From: Methylococcaceae bacterium UBA2780
GTDB lineage: Bacteria > Pseudomonadota > Gammaproteobacteria > Methylococcales > UBA2780
Direction of reading: 5' to 3'
Length of the DNA: 64,000 nucleotides
Assembly (NCBI GenBank): GCA_002352345.1
Contig: DEIG01000014.1
Coordinates: 33-64,032, forward strand
Shown here one piece after another: positions 43,691 through 51,516 of the stretch; position 1 is the first letter of the stretch; every line of letters begins with the position of its first letter. The notes under the pieces are model-generated. The model was not told where the DNA came from and ran no database searches. It worked only from the letters and a program-made list of their open reading frames with translations. Both the position numbers and the translations under genes were made by a program.

Positions 43691-44046
43691 AACACCTAAA
43701 CCAGACTCATAACAGGATCCTATCCAACCTATTGAAATCAAGAGGAAAACTAGACTCATACACCCTATTTAGAAGATCAATGCTTAGTTTCTCAGAATTT
43801 TCTCATGCGATGAGGGTTATTTCCTCAGATGGCTATGTACAAGAAGAGGATAACATTGTCACATTGTCACAAAAGGGAAGAGAATATATTGTTAAACTTG
43901 TCCCTGCTCAGGGTGAACTCCATACTTGGAGAACTGTTCCTGAGAAATATAGAACGCCTCCTTTAACGGAAGATGAACTCTACATTCCAGACATTGAACT
44001 TCTAGATAAAAAGACTTTTAAGCTTCATGTTTCTCATGTAGATTGA
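43687..44046 (+). CDS. Winged-helix domain protein (retron-associated)
   Basis: ATGA overlap with PRTase gene, wHTH pattern ending GYV...VTLSQKGREY. Confidence 0.7.
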   Translation: MKHLNQTHNRILSNLLKSRGKLDSYTLFRRSMLSFSEFSHAMRVISSDGYVQEEDNIVTLSQKGREYIVKLVPAQGELHTWRTVPEKYRTPPLTEDELYIPDIELLDKKTFKLHVSHVD

Positions 44047-44051
44047 TTGTG

Positions 44052-44260
44052 TGGCTTACAGAAGCTAGTACGTTGGAGTGTAGTCGCTCTCCGGGATAAG
44101 GCTCCCGTTAACCAATGCCATAAAATGATGATGCTATTTATATGGTATCTCAAGGAGAACATTCTTGAGATAGCACTTAAGTCATCGAACTATGCGCGCA
44201 CGCATAGTTCAACGGCTTTAGTGCTGATGCAAAAGTATTAAAGGTAGTTTCTGTGAGCCA
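44052..44260 (+). ncRNA. Retron msr-msd non-coding RNA
   Basis: 16-bp a1/a2 inverted repeat (44052-44067 / 44245-44260, two G-U pairs), unpaired G44068, short msr hairpins, long msd hairpin 44171-44226, ends 6 nt before the RT ATG. Confidence 0.88.
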
Positions 44261-44266
44261 TTTTTT

Positions 44267-45301
44267 ATGATAAAAAAACCTTCAATAAAGAAGTGGAAAA
44301 AGTATTTCCATAGTAGAGGAGTATCGGATGAGGTAATTTCCGAATATTTACCTTATATAAAAAAAATACAAGGAAACAATGCTCCTGTAATTTTTGAGTT
44401 TGAGCACCTTTCTAGATTAATTGGAATAAAAAGATGTGAATTAGCAAAAATAGTTAATTCGCCAGAGAACTACCATCGAAAGTTTTCTATTCCAAAAAGA
44501 AAAGGTGGTAGAAGAGAAATTGTTTCTCCATATCCATCTCTGCTTCATTGCCAGACATGGATATATAAAAATATATTGTTACCGCAACCTGTACATGATT
44601 GTGCTCACGGTTTTGTCCCAGGAAGATCAATCATAACTAATGCCGAAAAACACCTATCAAAAAAAACATTATTAAAATTAGACTTGAAAAATTTCTTTCC
44701 ATCCATTCCTATCAACTGGGTTGTTAATTATTTTTCTTCTCTCGGATATGCAAACAATGTTGCCTTTTACCTCGCTGCTTTGTGTTGCTATGAAGGTAAA
44801 CTTTCTCAAGGATCATCTACCAGCCCATACTTAACAAATATTCTTTTGTTAAGCCTTGATAGAAGATTAATTGGTCTTGCCAACCGATATGACCTTGCCT
44901 ACACAAGATATGCAGATGACCTGACCTTTTCCGGAAACTACATCCCCCATAAATATATCGATATCGTTAGTGGCTTCATTGATGATTACGGCCTTTCTAT
45001 TAACCCTGAGAAAACTAGACTCCACACAAAACAAGGCCAAAGAATCGTCACTGGGATTTCTGTTTCTGGTAATGAACTAAAGCTGCCTAGAAGCACAAAA
45101 CGTGAACTGAGAAAAGAAATTCATTATATTCAAGCTTTTGGGTTCCTATCACACGTCACCAAGAAGAAAATAAAACACCCTTGCTACTTGGAATCGCTTA
45201 TTGGAAAGTTCGGCTTTTGGTTACATGTAGAGCCAAATAATAATTTTGCAAAAAAAGCTTTAGAACATCTTTCTGAAATTAGGCATTCCGTAACGACATG
45301 A
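44267..45301 (+). CDS. Retron-type reverse transcriptase
   Basis: IPKRKGGRREI, AHGF, retron region X NAEKH (NAxxH), DLKNFFPSI, QGSSTSP, YADD, region Y VTG. Confidence 0.95.
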   Translation: MIKKPSIKKWKKYFHSRGVSDEVISEYLPYIKKIQGNNAPVIFEFEHLSRLIGIKRCELAKIVNSPENYHRKFSIPKRKGGRREIVSPYPSLLHCQTWIYKNILLPQPVHDCAHGFVPGRSIITNAEKHLSKKTLLKLDLKNFFPSIPINWVVNYFSSLGYANNVAFYLAALCCYEGKLSQGSSTSPYLTNILLLSLDRRLIGLANRYDLAYTRYADDLTFSGNYIPHKYIDIVSGFIDDYGLSINPEKTRLHTKQGQRIVTGISVSGNELKLPRSTKRELRKEIHYIQAFGFLSHVTKKKIKHPCYLESLIGKFGFWLHVEPNNNFAKKALEHLSEIRHSVTT

Positions 45302-45342
45302 CACCTTCCTAGGTCAAGCACTAGGCAACATAACTTATCACC

Positions 45343-46023
45343 ATGCCACTACTCAATCACGACCTAACCTTATGGGAAATAGCCTTTCGCTGGAACGGAT
45401 TAAATCCAGACAACCTGAAATATAGGTTCTATTTGCCATTAGAGGTTAAAGACTCCTTTCGCCTCATGACAGAGGCAATTTTAGAGGCTCGGCTTGAATC
45501 CTCGCTCTCAATAGACAAATGGAATCCCAACCTAGACCCCGACCAAAACCTAGGCCCTGAGTTTTATATCCGATACCATCTTGATGATATCCACAAGTGT
45601 ATTGCCAATCAGCATTTCAACCAGAAGTTCTTAAAATTTATCTGGGTTGATCGCTATGCTTTTAGGCTTTGGTGTAAGACTCTGAATATAGCTCTGCCAG
45701 AGTTCTGGTTTCCTCAAGGCTGGAATATCGACCCAAAAAATATTGACTTGCTTGATGATGAGTATGAAGAGGGGAATGATGATCCAAAAGGCAAGAAACT
45801 AAGATCCAATCAACGCACTACTATCGCCTGCCAAGAAATTGCTAAACACTTATGGCGAAATCATCCAGAAATGACTATTGCAAGCATGGTTAAACATAAT
45901 GCTATTCAAACGCTTGGCGGAGCAGCCAGCTTTGGAGATGCCACTGTTAGGCTATGGCTGAGCTCTGTTGCTCCAGATCATGTCAAAAACAAAAGAGGGC
46001 GGCCTCGTAAAGATGGAAAATAA
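45343..46023 (+). CDS. Hypothetical protein, putative DNA-binding (C-terminal HTH-like region plus AT-hook-like KRGRPRK)
   Basis: 226-aa ATG ORF inside the element, TVRLWL helix followed by GRPRK. Confidence 0.6.
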   Translation: MPLLNHDLTLWEIAFRWNGLNPDNLKYRFYLPLEVKDSFRLMTEAILEARLESSLSIDKWNPNLDPDQNLGPEFYIRYHLDDIHKCIANQHFNQKFLKFIWVDRYAFRLWCKTLNIALPEFWFPQGWNIDPKNIDLLDDEYEEGNDDPKGKKLRSNQRTTIACQEIAKHLWRNHPEMTIASMVKHNAIQTLGGAASFGDATVRLWLSSVAPDHVKNKRGRPRKDGK

Positions 46024-46182
46024 AATACCCTTCTTGAAATAACAGCGATTCGTTGAAGCCTTATGCCCCGTGTCTTTAAAATAGCTGTTCTGCTGGAATA
46101 ATATTTATCTAAGCTCCACACCAATTTTTTAGTTCCTCAAATTTCGCAATTCTATGCCCTCACTTAACAACGAGGAAAAGAA

Positions 46183-47562
46183 ATGCAAACAGATAATACT
46201 TTAATTCTTACCCAAGCCGACGCTCGACCACATACGCATAAGCGACAGCGTGCGTGTGTGAGCGACGTTGGCAATCACAAGGAACAGTGCTCCAGTCTTT
46301 CTAGTGGCACGAAAACTCAGAAGCCTAAAAAAGGTGCGCCACCTAGTAACACAGCACCTACTAACTGCAAGAAACAAGATAAACCCATAATCCAACTATT
46401 AAGAAGTGGGGTTGATAGTCTTTATTTATCTTATGCTGGGGTGCTGTTTTCTGAGCAAGATGCAGCTCTATCAGCTCTTAAAAAGGCAGCTAAGTCTACC
46501 AATGAAATAGACCATGCGACGGCTACCTACCGTCATGGGAAAAACTTATTCAGAGTCATGGATAAAGGAGCTGGTCGCTTTGCTTATATTCTAGCTGACC
46601 CTGCTTACTACATAAAATTATCAAGCCCTACAGCCAGAAGTATTCCACTCGCTTATGTTCAAGTTAAAAGTGACTTTCTGGCTAAATATGGTGTTAAGGC
46701 ATCCAGTGAAGAATTAACCGAGGTTATTGATTCTTTCGGCTCCATGGAATCTAGCCCAACGGTAAGCCGTGCTGATCTTTTTGTTGATTTTACTTGTGAC
46801 TACTCTTTTGAGCAGCTTATTCGATCCTCTTGGCTCTGCCGTGCCAGACAATATTCAAACTACTGGGTTGGGCCAACATTTACCGGTTTTAGTTTTGGCC
46901 TTGGTGGTGATATGTCGGCTCGACTTTATAACAAAACAGAAGAGATTAAGAAATCTGGGAAAGATTATCTTAAGTATCTCTGGCGTGATGCTGGATGGGA
47001 CGCTTCTACAGATGTTTGGCGTTTGGAATTTCAATTTAAACGTAAGGTTCTTGGTGAACACCAAGTTAGAACTGTTGATGATCTTTTAGATCGCCTTGGC
47101 CCGTTGTGGGTCTATGCGTCTACACAATGGCTCAAACTAACCATTCCAAGTCTGACCGATGACACAAAATCTCGCTGGCCTCTACACCCTGTTTGGTCTG
47201 AGCTCACTCAGGTCGATTGGGGAGAATGCTCCGAGGCTGCCTCTGTTCCTATCAGAGATAATACTATTCCATCAGATCGCTATCTCTTTGAAAGAGGGTT
47301 GGCTTCTCTCACCTCATTTATGGCGCGAGAGAATATTTCTGACATCAACACTGCTGCTCCTGAGTTTATCCGCCAAGCTCGCGCTCATCATGCTTCAAGA
47401 GAAGAATTTACCTGCTTAAGCCTCGATCTGTACGCAAAAGAGCGAGCCGCTCTTAAGGCCCGAAAATTTAACCTCCCATTTGCCAATTTTGAAGAGGGTG
47501 GAAAGAAGCTAGCAAACAAGGCTAGAGCTGATGCTTACCAAAAAGCTAAAGATGGTGAGTAA
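46183..47562 (+). CDS. Rep_trans-family rolling-circle replication initiator/relaxase
   Basis: GVDSLYLS, SRADLFVD, RLYNKTEE (candidate catalytic Tyr), WRLEFQ, GAGG RBS. Confidence 0.8.
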   Translation: MQTDNTLILTQADARPHTHKRQRACVSDVGNHKEQCSSLSSGTKTQKPKKGAPPSNTAPTNCKKQDKPIIQLLRSGVDSLYLSYAGVLFSEQDAALSALKKAAKSTNEIDHATATYRHGKNLFRVMDKGAGRFAYILADPAYYIKLSSPTARSIPLAYVQVKSDFLAKYGVKASSEELTEVIDSFGSMESSPTVSRADLFVDFTCDYSFEQLIRSSWLCRARQYSNYWVGPTFTGFSFGLGGDMSARLYNKTEEIKKSGKDYLKYLWRDAGWDASTDVWRLEFQFKRKVLGEHQVRTVDDLLDRLGPLWVYASTQWLKLTIPSLTDDTKSRWPLHPVWSELTQVDWGECSEAASVPIRDNTIPSDRYLFERGLASLTSFMARENISDINTAAPEFIRQARAHHASREEFTCLSLDLYAKERAALKARKFNLPFANFEEGGKKLANKARADAYQKAKDGE

Positions 47563-47866
47563 CAACTTACTGCCAAGGCTAATAAGACACCGTGACGCCC
47601 CTTTTTACTTGGGTATGGATCGTAACCGATTCCGTAGAGAAGTCCGTCCATTTCTGACTGAAATACCCATCGGGGTTCAGGGTGTCGCCTTTGATCGGCT
47701 TGAATTAGATGATTGGGTAGAGGAATATAAGAGCCGCGCAGGTAGGCTTGGAGATAAATTATGTCTAAAAAATCCACAGGTCTTACCAAAAGAGGAAGGT
47801 TCTGGCACATCAATAAAGTCATCAGAGGAAAGAGGCTTTATGAAAGCACTGGAACGGATAACCTAG
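47552..47866 (+). CDS. Excisionase-like (AlpA/MerR-type HTH) protein
   Basis: PRLIRHRDAPFYLGMDRNRF...VAFDRLELDDWV. Overlaps Rep stop and integrase start. Confidence 0.65.
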   Translation: MVSNNLLPRLIRHRDAPFYLGMDRNRFRREVRPFLTEIPIGVQGVAFDRLELDDWVEEYKSRAGRLGDKLCLKNPQVLPKEEGSGTSIKSSEERGFMKALERIT

Positions 47867-48780
47867 CCGAAGCTGAGCACTATTTAGCGAAGCGGATTCT
47901 AGAGTTTTCTGAACCAAAGCGCGGTCAGCATACCTTCATTAAAGCAGCCACTAAATATTTACAGGAGGAAACTAAAAAAAGTCTTTCGCGTGATGCTCAA
48001 TCATTGGAAATCATTATTCCTTTCATTGGTCACCTGCCCTTGTCGCACGTTCACATGGGAACGCTAGAACCCTTTATCACCGCTCGCAGAAAAACTGTTC
48101 TCAATGCAACAATTAACCGAGACCTTTCTGTTATCAGGCGTATATTGATTCTGGCGGCCAGACTTTGGAGGGATGAAGATAATCAATCTTGGTTAAGTGA
48201 AGCTCCGTTGATTCGTTTACTTAAAAATAACGGGCGGAAACCTTATCCGATCAGTTGGGAAGAACAAAACCGGCTTATGGCTGAACTACCAGACTATTTA
48301 GCTAACATTGTTCTTTTTGCGTTAAATACCGGCTGTCGGGATCAAGAAATGTGTGGCCTAAAATGGTCAGACTACTTTGATAATCTATTCGTCCTCCCTG
48401 CTGAACGCTCCAAGAATGGTGAGGAGAGAATTATTCCACTCAATAGCATAGCGAGAAATATTATTAACTCGCTACCGCGTGAAGGGGAGTATGTCTTTAC
48501 CCAGAATGGAAAACGATTTGCGAGGATCACAGGAACAGCTTGGAAGAGTGCTCGAAAAAGAGCGAACCTAACTCAGTGCCGTGTTCACGATTTGCGCCAT
48601 ACATTTGGCAGAAGATTAAGAGCGGCTGGAATTGGTTTAGAGGATCGTGAAGACCTATTAGGTCACAAGTCGAATCGTATCACGACCCATTACTCTAAGG
48701 CTGAGGTTGAAAACTTGCTCACTGCTGTTGAGTCGATTGTTGAGCAGAAGTTTTCAGTTAGATTACTGAGGGCGGTTTAA
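47761..48780 (+). CDS. Tyrosine recombinase (phage-type integrase)
   Basis: Catalytic set R (TGCR), K (SKNG), HDLRH, LGH, Y (TTHY). N-terminal arm-binding-like beta domain. Adjacent to tRNA. Confidence 0.95.
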   Translation: MSKKSTGLTKRGRFWHINKVIRGKRLYESTGTDNLAEAEHYLAKRILEFSEPKRGQHTFIKAATKYLQEETKKSLSRDAQSLEIIIPFIGHLPLSHVHMGTLEPFITARRKTVLNATINRDLSVIRRILILAARLWRDEDNQSWLSEAPLIRLLKNNGRKPYPISWEEQNRLMAELPDYLANIVLFALNTGCRDQEMCGLKWSDYFDNLFVLPAERSKNGEERIIPLNSIARNIINSLPREGEYVFTQNGKRFARITGTAWKSARKRANLTQCRVHDLRHTFGRRLRAAGIGLEDREDLLGHKSNRITTHYSKAEVENLLTAVESIVEQKFSVRLLRAV

Positions 48781-48781
48781 G

Positions 48782-48794
48782 AATCAACTGATTG
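48782..48794 (+). promoter_or_regulatory. IHF binding site consensus in the att arm
   Basis: AATCAACTGATTG matches WATCAANNNNTTR exactly. A one-mismatch reverse copy lies at 42630-42642. Confidence 0.55.
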
Positions 48795-48813
48795 CCCTCT
48801 TTTAGAGCTCTAT

Positions 48814-48863
48814 GTCGCGTAATGATTTTCTTAAAAAAGGAATCTCGCGTAGAAGTCGCGTAG
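48814..48863. repeat. Putative integrase arm-type sites (TCGCGTA x3)
   Basis: GTCGCGTAA 48814, CTCGCGTAG 48844, GTCGCGTAG 48855. Confidence 0.7.
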
Positions 48864-48884
48864 TCGCAACTTGATGCTCTGAAA

Positions 48885-48961
48885 TGGTAGCTACGGGTGG
48901 ACTTGAACCACCGACCCCAGCATTATGAATGCTGTGCTCTAACCAGCTGAGCTACGTAGCC
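48885..48961 (-). tRNA. tRNA-Met (CAT), elongator type
   Basis: GGCTACGTAGCTCAGCTGGTTAGAGCACAGCATTCATAATGCTGGGGTCGGTGGTTCAAGTCCACCCGTAGCTACCA: 77 nt cloverleaf, CAT anticodon, encoded CCA, paired G1-C72. Confidence 0.95.
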
Positions 48962-48988
48962 ATATATGATCGTTTTGAAGAGCCGGAA

Positions 48989-49017
48989 ATTTTCGGCTTT
49001 TCTTCTCTTCTTGTCAA
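48989..49017 (-). promoter_or_regulatory. Putative sigma70 promoter of tRNA-Met
   Basis: TTGACA-17 nt-GAAAAT on the minus strand upstream of the tRNA. Confidence 0.5.
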
Positions 49018-49041
49018 GAATGAATATTGATATAAATCTGT

Positions 49042-50340
49042 TTAAGCGGCTTTATGCGGCAAATCAACTTCTGTAATAACCCCCGCTTCGGGATCATTAA
49101 AAATTGCTTCATCAATTTCATTCTCGCCTCTAGCAACGATACAGGTAACAGTTGCATCGCCGGTAACATTAACCGCTGTTCGAACCATGTCGAGAATTCT
49201 ATCTACACCCAGAATTAAACCAATCCCTTCAACAGGCAACCCAACTTGATTGAAAACCATTGCCAACATTATAAGACCCACACCTGGTACACCAGCTGTA
49301 CCGATTGATGCCAGTATCGACATACCGACCACGGTCACGTAATCACTTAAATCAAGGTTGATTCCGTAGACATTAGCGATAAACACAGTGGCAACGCCTT
49401 GCATGATTGCCGTACCATCCATATTGATTGTCGCACCCAAAGGCACGGTGAATGAGGCTGTTGCATTGTTAATGCCCAACCGTTTTTCAACGACTTGTAG
49501 CGTTACCGGAATTGTGGCGTTCGAGCTGGCAGTACTAAATGCAAAAATGTGCGCGGGGCGCATCTTTTTGATAAAAACCAGCGGGTTGAGCTTTGCCAGC
49601 AGACTAACCAGCACACTAAATGTCCCAAAGGCATGCAGTAATAGACAAACAATGACAGTAAAAAAGTAACCAGCCATCGGCAAGATCAATCCAAGACCTT
49701 GCTCTGAGAAGGTTTTTGCCATCAGGAAAAAAACCCCTACCGGTGCAAAATCCATCACCAGTGTGACCACTTTCATCATCACCTCATTGAGTCTTTCTGC
49801 ACTGGCCGCCAACTGTTTGCCAATATCACCACACATCAACATGGCGATTGAAAATAGAATCACGAAAAAGATAATTTGCAGCATATTGCCTTCTGCAAAG
49901 GCATTGACAGGATTACTCGGGACGATGTTTATAAATACTTCAGCTAGAGGGGGCGCAGGCTTGGCAGTAAAAGTTGATGTGCCTGCCGCCTGCTCAAAGC
50001 CATCACCGGGCGCAACAAAGATGGCAACCGATAGCGCCAAAGTAATCGCAATCCCTGTTGTAAATAGATAAAGGCCAAACGCTTTGAATCCAACTCGGCC
50101 CAATGTTTTTACATCGCCAATACCACAAACACCGCAGATAAGTGAGAAAGTGACCAGTGGCACCACCAACATTTTCAAACCATTTACAAAGGCCGCACCG
50201 ACCACATAAAAAAGCCCATTAACCAGATAGGTTTGGATAAACTCGACATCACTTGCAAAGGTGTTAATTAGGCTACCAATAACCAGTCCAATCACCATTG
50301 CGACCATGATTTTTGCCGTGACCGTCATCTTCTTAGCCAT
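49042..50340 (-). CDS. Dicarboxylate/amino acid:cation (DAACS) symporter
   Basis: LKMLVVPLV, FSTASSNATIP, GATINMDG, DRILDMVRTAVNVTGD. Confidence 0.92.
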   Translation of the reverse strand: MAKKMTVTAKIMVAMVIGLVIGSLINTFASDVEFIQTYLVNGLFYVVGAAFVNGLKMLVVPLVTFSLICGVCGIGDVKTLGRVGFKAFGLYLFTTGIAITLALSVAIFVAPGDGFEQAAGTSTFTAKPAPPLAEVFINIVPSNPVNAFAEGNMLQIIFFVILFSIAMLMCGDIGKQLAASAERLNEVMMKVVTLVMDFAPVGVFFLMAKTFSEQGLGLILPMAGYFFTVIVCLLLHAFGTFSVLVSLLAKLNPLVFIKKMRPAHIFAFSTASSNATIPVTLQVVEKRLGINNATASFTVPLGATINMDGTAIMQGVATVFIANVYGINLDLSDYVTVVGMSILASIGTAGVPGVGLIMLAMVFNQVGLPVEGIGLILGVDRILDMVRTAVNVTGDATVTCIVARGENEIDEAIFNDPEAGVITEVDLPHKAA

Positions 50341-50373
50341 CTGTTCGCCTTTGTATTTAGTTAAATCTTTGTA

Positions 50374-51465
50374 CTAAACATTAAAACGGAAGTGAACCAC
50401 ATCACCATCCTGAACGATATAGTCCTTACCCTCTAAGCGCCACTTACCCGCCTCTTTTGCGCCGGACTCACCTTTAAACTCAACAAAGTCTTCGTAGGCA
50501 ACCACTTCGGCACGAATAAACCCCTTTTCAAAATCGGTATGAATAACCCCTGCGGACTGCGGTGCAGTGGCACCTGTTGGTATCGTCCAGGCTCTAACTT
50601 CCATCACACCTGCTGTGAAATAGGTTGAGAGGTTCAGCAGCTTGTAACCAGCATGAACAACACGATCCAGACCCGGCTCGTCTAATCCCATGTCCGCTAG
50701 AAACTCTTCCTTTTCCTCATCATCCAGTAATGCAATCTCCGCTTCCATTCCTGCACAAACAGCCACGACGACTGCACCCTCTTTTTCGGCAATTTCTCTA
50801 ACCTGCTCAAGATGGGGATTATTTTCGAAACCATCCTCATCAACGTTAGCAATGAACATTGTTGGCTTGATAGTCAACAGATGTAGTTCGTGCGCCAGCT
50901 TCTTTTCATCATCTGTCAGCGGCAAAGTACGTGCTGCGTTGCCCTCTTCAAGATGCGCTAAGAAACGTTCAAAGATATTTTTGCGTGCAACCTCTCCTTT
51001 ATCACCAGATTTTGCCACTCTCGTAACGCGTTGCACCGCTTTTTCAACCGTTGCCAAATCAGCCAGTAAAAGTTCTGTATTGATAATCTCAATATCATCT
51101 TTCGGATTAATCTGCCCGGCAACATGCACGACATCATCATCCTCAAAGCAGCGTACAACATGGGCTATGGCATCTGTCTCACGGATATTGGCAAGAAATT
51201 TATTGCCTAACCCTTCTCCTTTTGACGCCCCTTCAACTAGCCCTGCAATATCAACAAACTCAAATGTAGTTGGTAAGATTCTGTCTGGCACAACAATCTC
51301 TGCAAGTGCATTGAGCCGCCTATCGGGAACCGGAACAACACCTACATTGGGATCAATCGTGCAAAAAGGGTAGTTTTCGGCCGCAATTTCCGCCTTGGTT
51401 AAGGCGTTAAAAATGGTTGATTTGCCAACGTTTGGCAGGCCGACGATGCCGCAATGAAGAGCCAT
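50374..51465 (-). CDS. ychF: Redox-regulated ATPase YchF
   Basis: [26 protein letters not shown]-terminal TGS domain FRFNV. Confidence 0.97.
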   Translation of the reverse strand: MALHCGIVGLPNVGKSTIFNALTKAEIAAENYPFCTIDPNVGVVPVPDRRLNALAEIVVPDRILPTTFEFVDIAGLVEGASKGEGLGNKFLANIRETDAIAHVVRCFEDDDVVHVAGQINPKDDIEIINTELLLADLATVEKAVQRVTRVAKSGDKGEVARKNIFERFLAHLEEGNAARTLPLTDDEKKLAHELHLLTIKPTMFIANVDEDGFENNPHLEQVREIAEKEGAVVVAVCAGMEAEIALLDDEEKEEFLADMGLDEPGLDRVVHAGYKLLNLSTYFTAGVMEVRAWTIPTGATAPQSAGVIHTDFEKGFIRAEVVAYEDFVEFKGESGAKEAGKWRLEGKDYIVQDGDVVHFRFNV

Positions 51466-51516
51466 ATAATCCTCTATTACCTAAATAAGCTTTGGAAAAA
51501 CGAGAATTATAACCGA

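Larger units (their letters stand above)
42570..48929. mobile_element. ~6.3 kb integrative element at tRNA-Met (integrase, Xis, Rep_trans initiator, retron cargo)
   Basis: Flanking 45-bp direct repeat, integrase next to the tRNA, visibly AT-richer cargo, no capsid or conjugation genes. Confidence 0.93.

Noticed and set aside
44047-44241. 64-aa ORF between the WH gene and RT
   Set aside because: TTG start with no RBS and no recognisable motif. It coincides with the retron ncRNA, whose structure explains the sequence.
44267-45301. Group II intron, DGR or CRISPR-associated RT
   Set aside because: No maturase/endonuclease domains, no TR/VR repeats, no cas genes or array. NAxxH, VTG and the upstream a1/a2 RNA indicate a retron.
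42707-48863. TCGCGTA repeats as a CRISPR array
   Set aside because: Only 7-9 bp, no spacers, clustered at the element ends. They fit arm-type sites better.
42570-48929. Complete prophage or ICE
   Set aside because: No structural, lysis, Zot or conjugation genes between the att sites.
50690-51373. Long antisense ORFs (227 aa over ychF, 195 aa at 25966-26553, 160 aa at 5861-6343, and similar)
   Set aside because: Ser-rich shadow frames fully overlapping well-conserved genes on the opposite strand.
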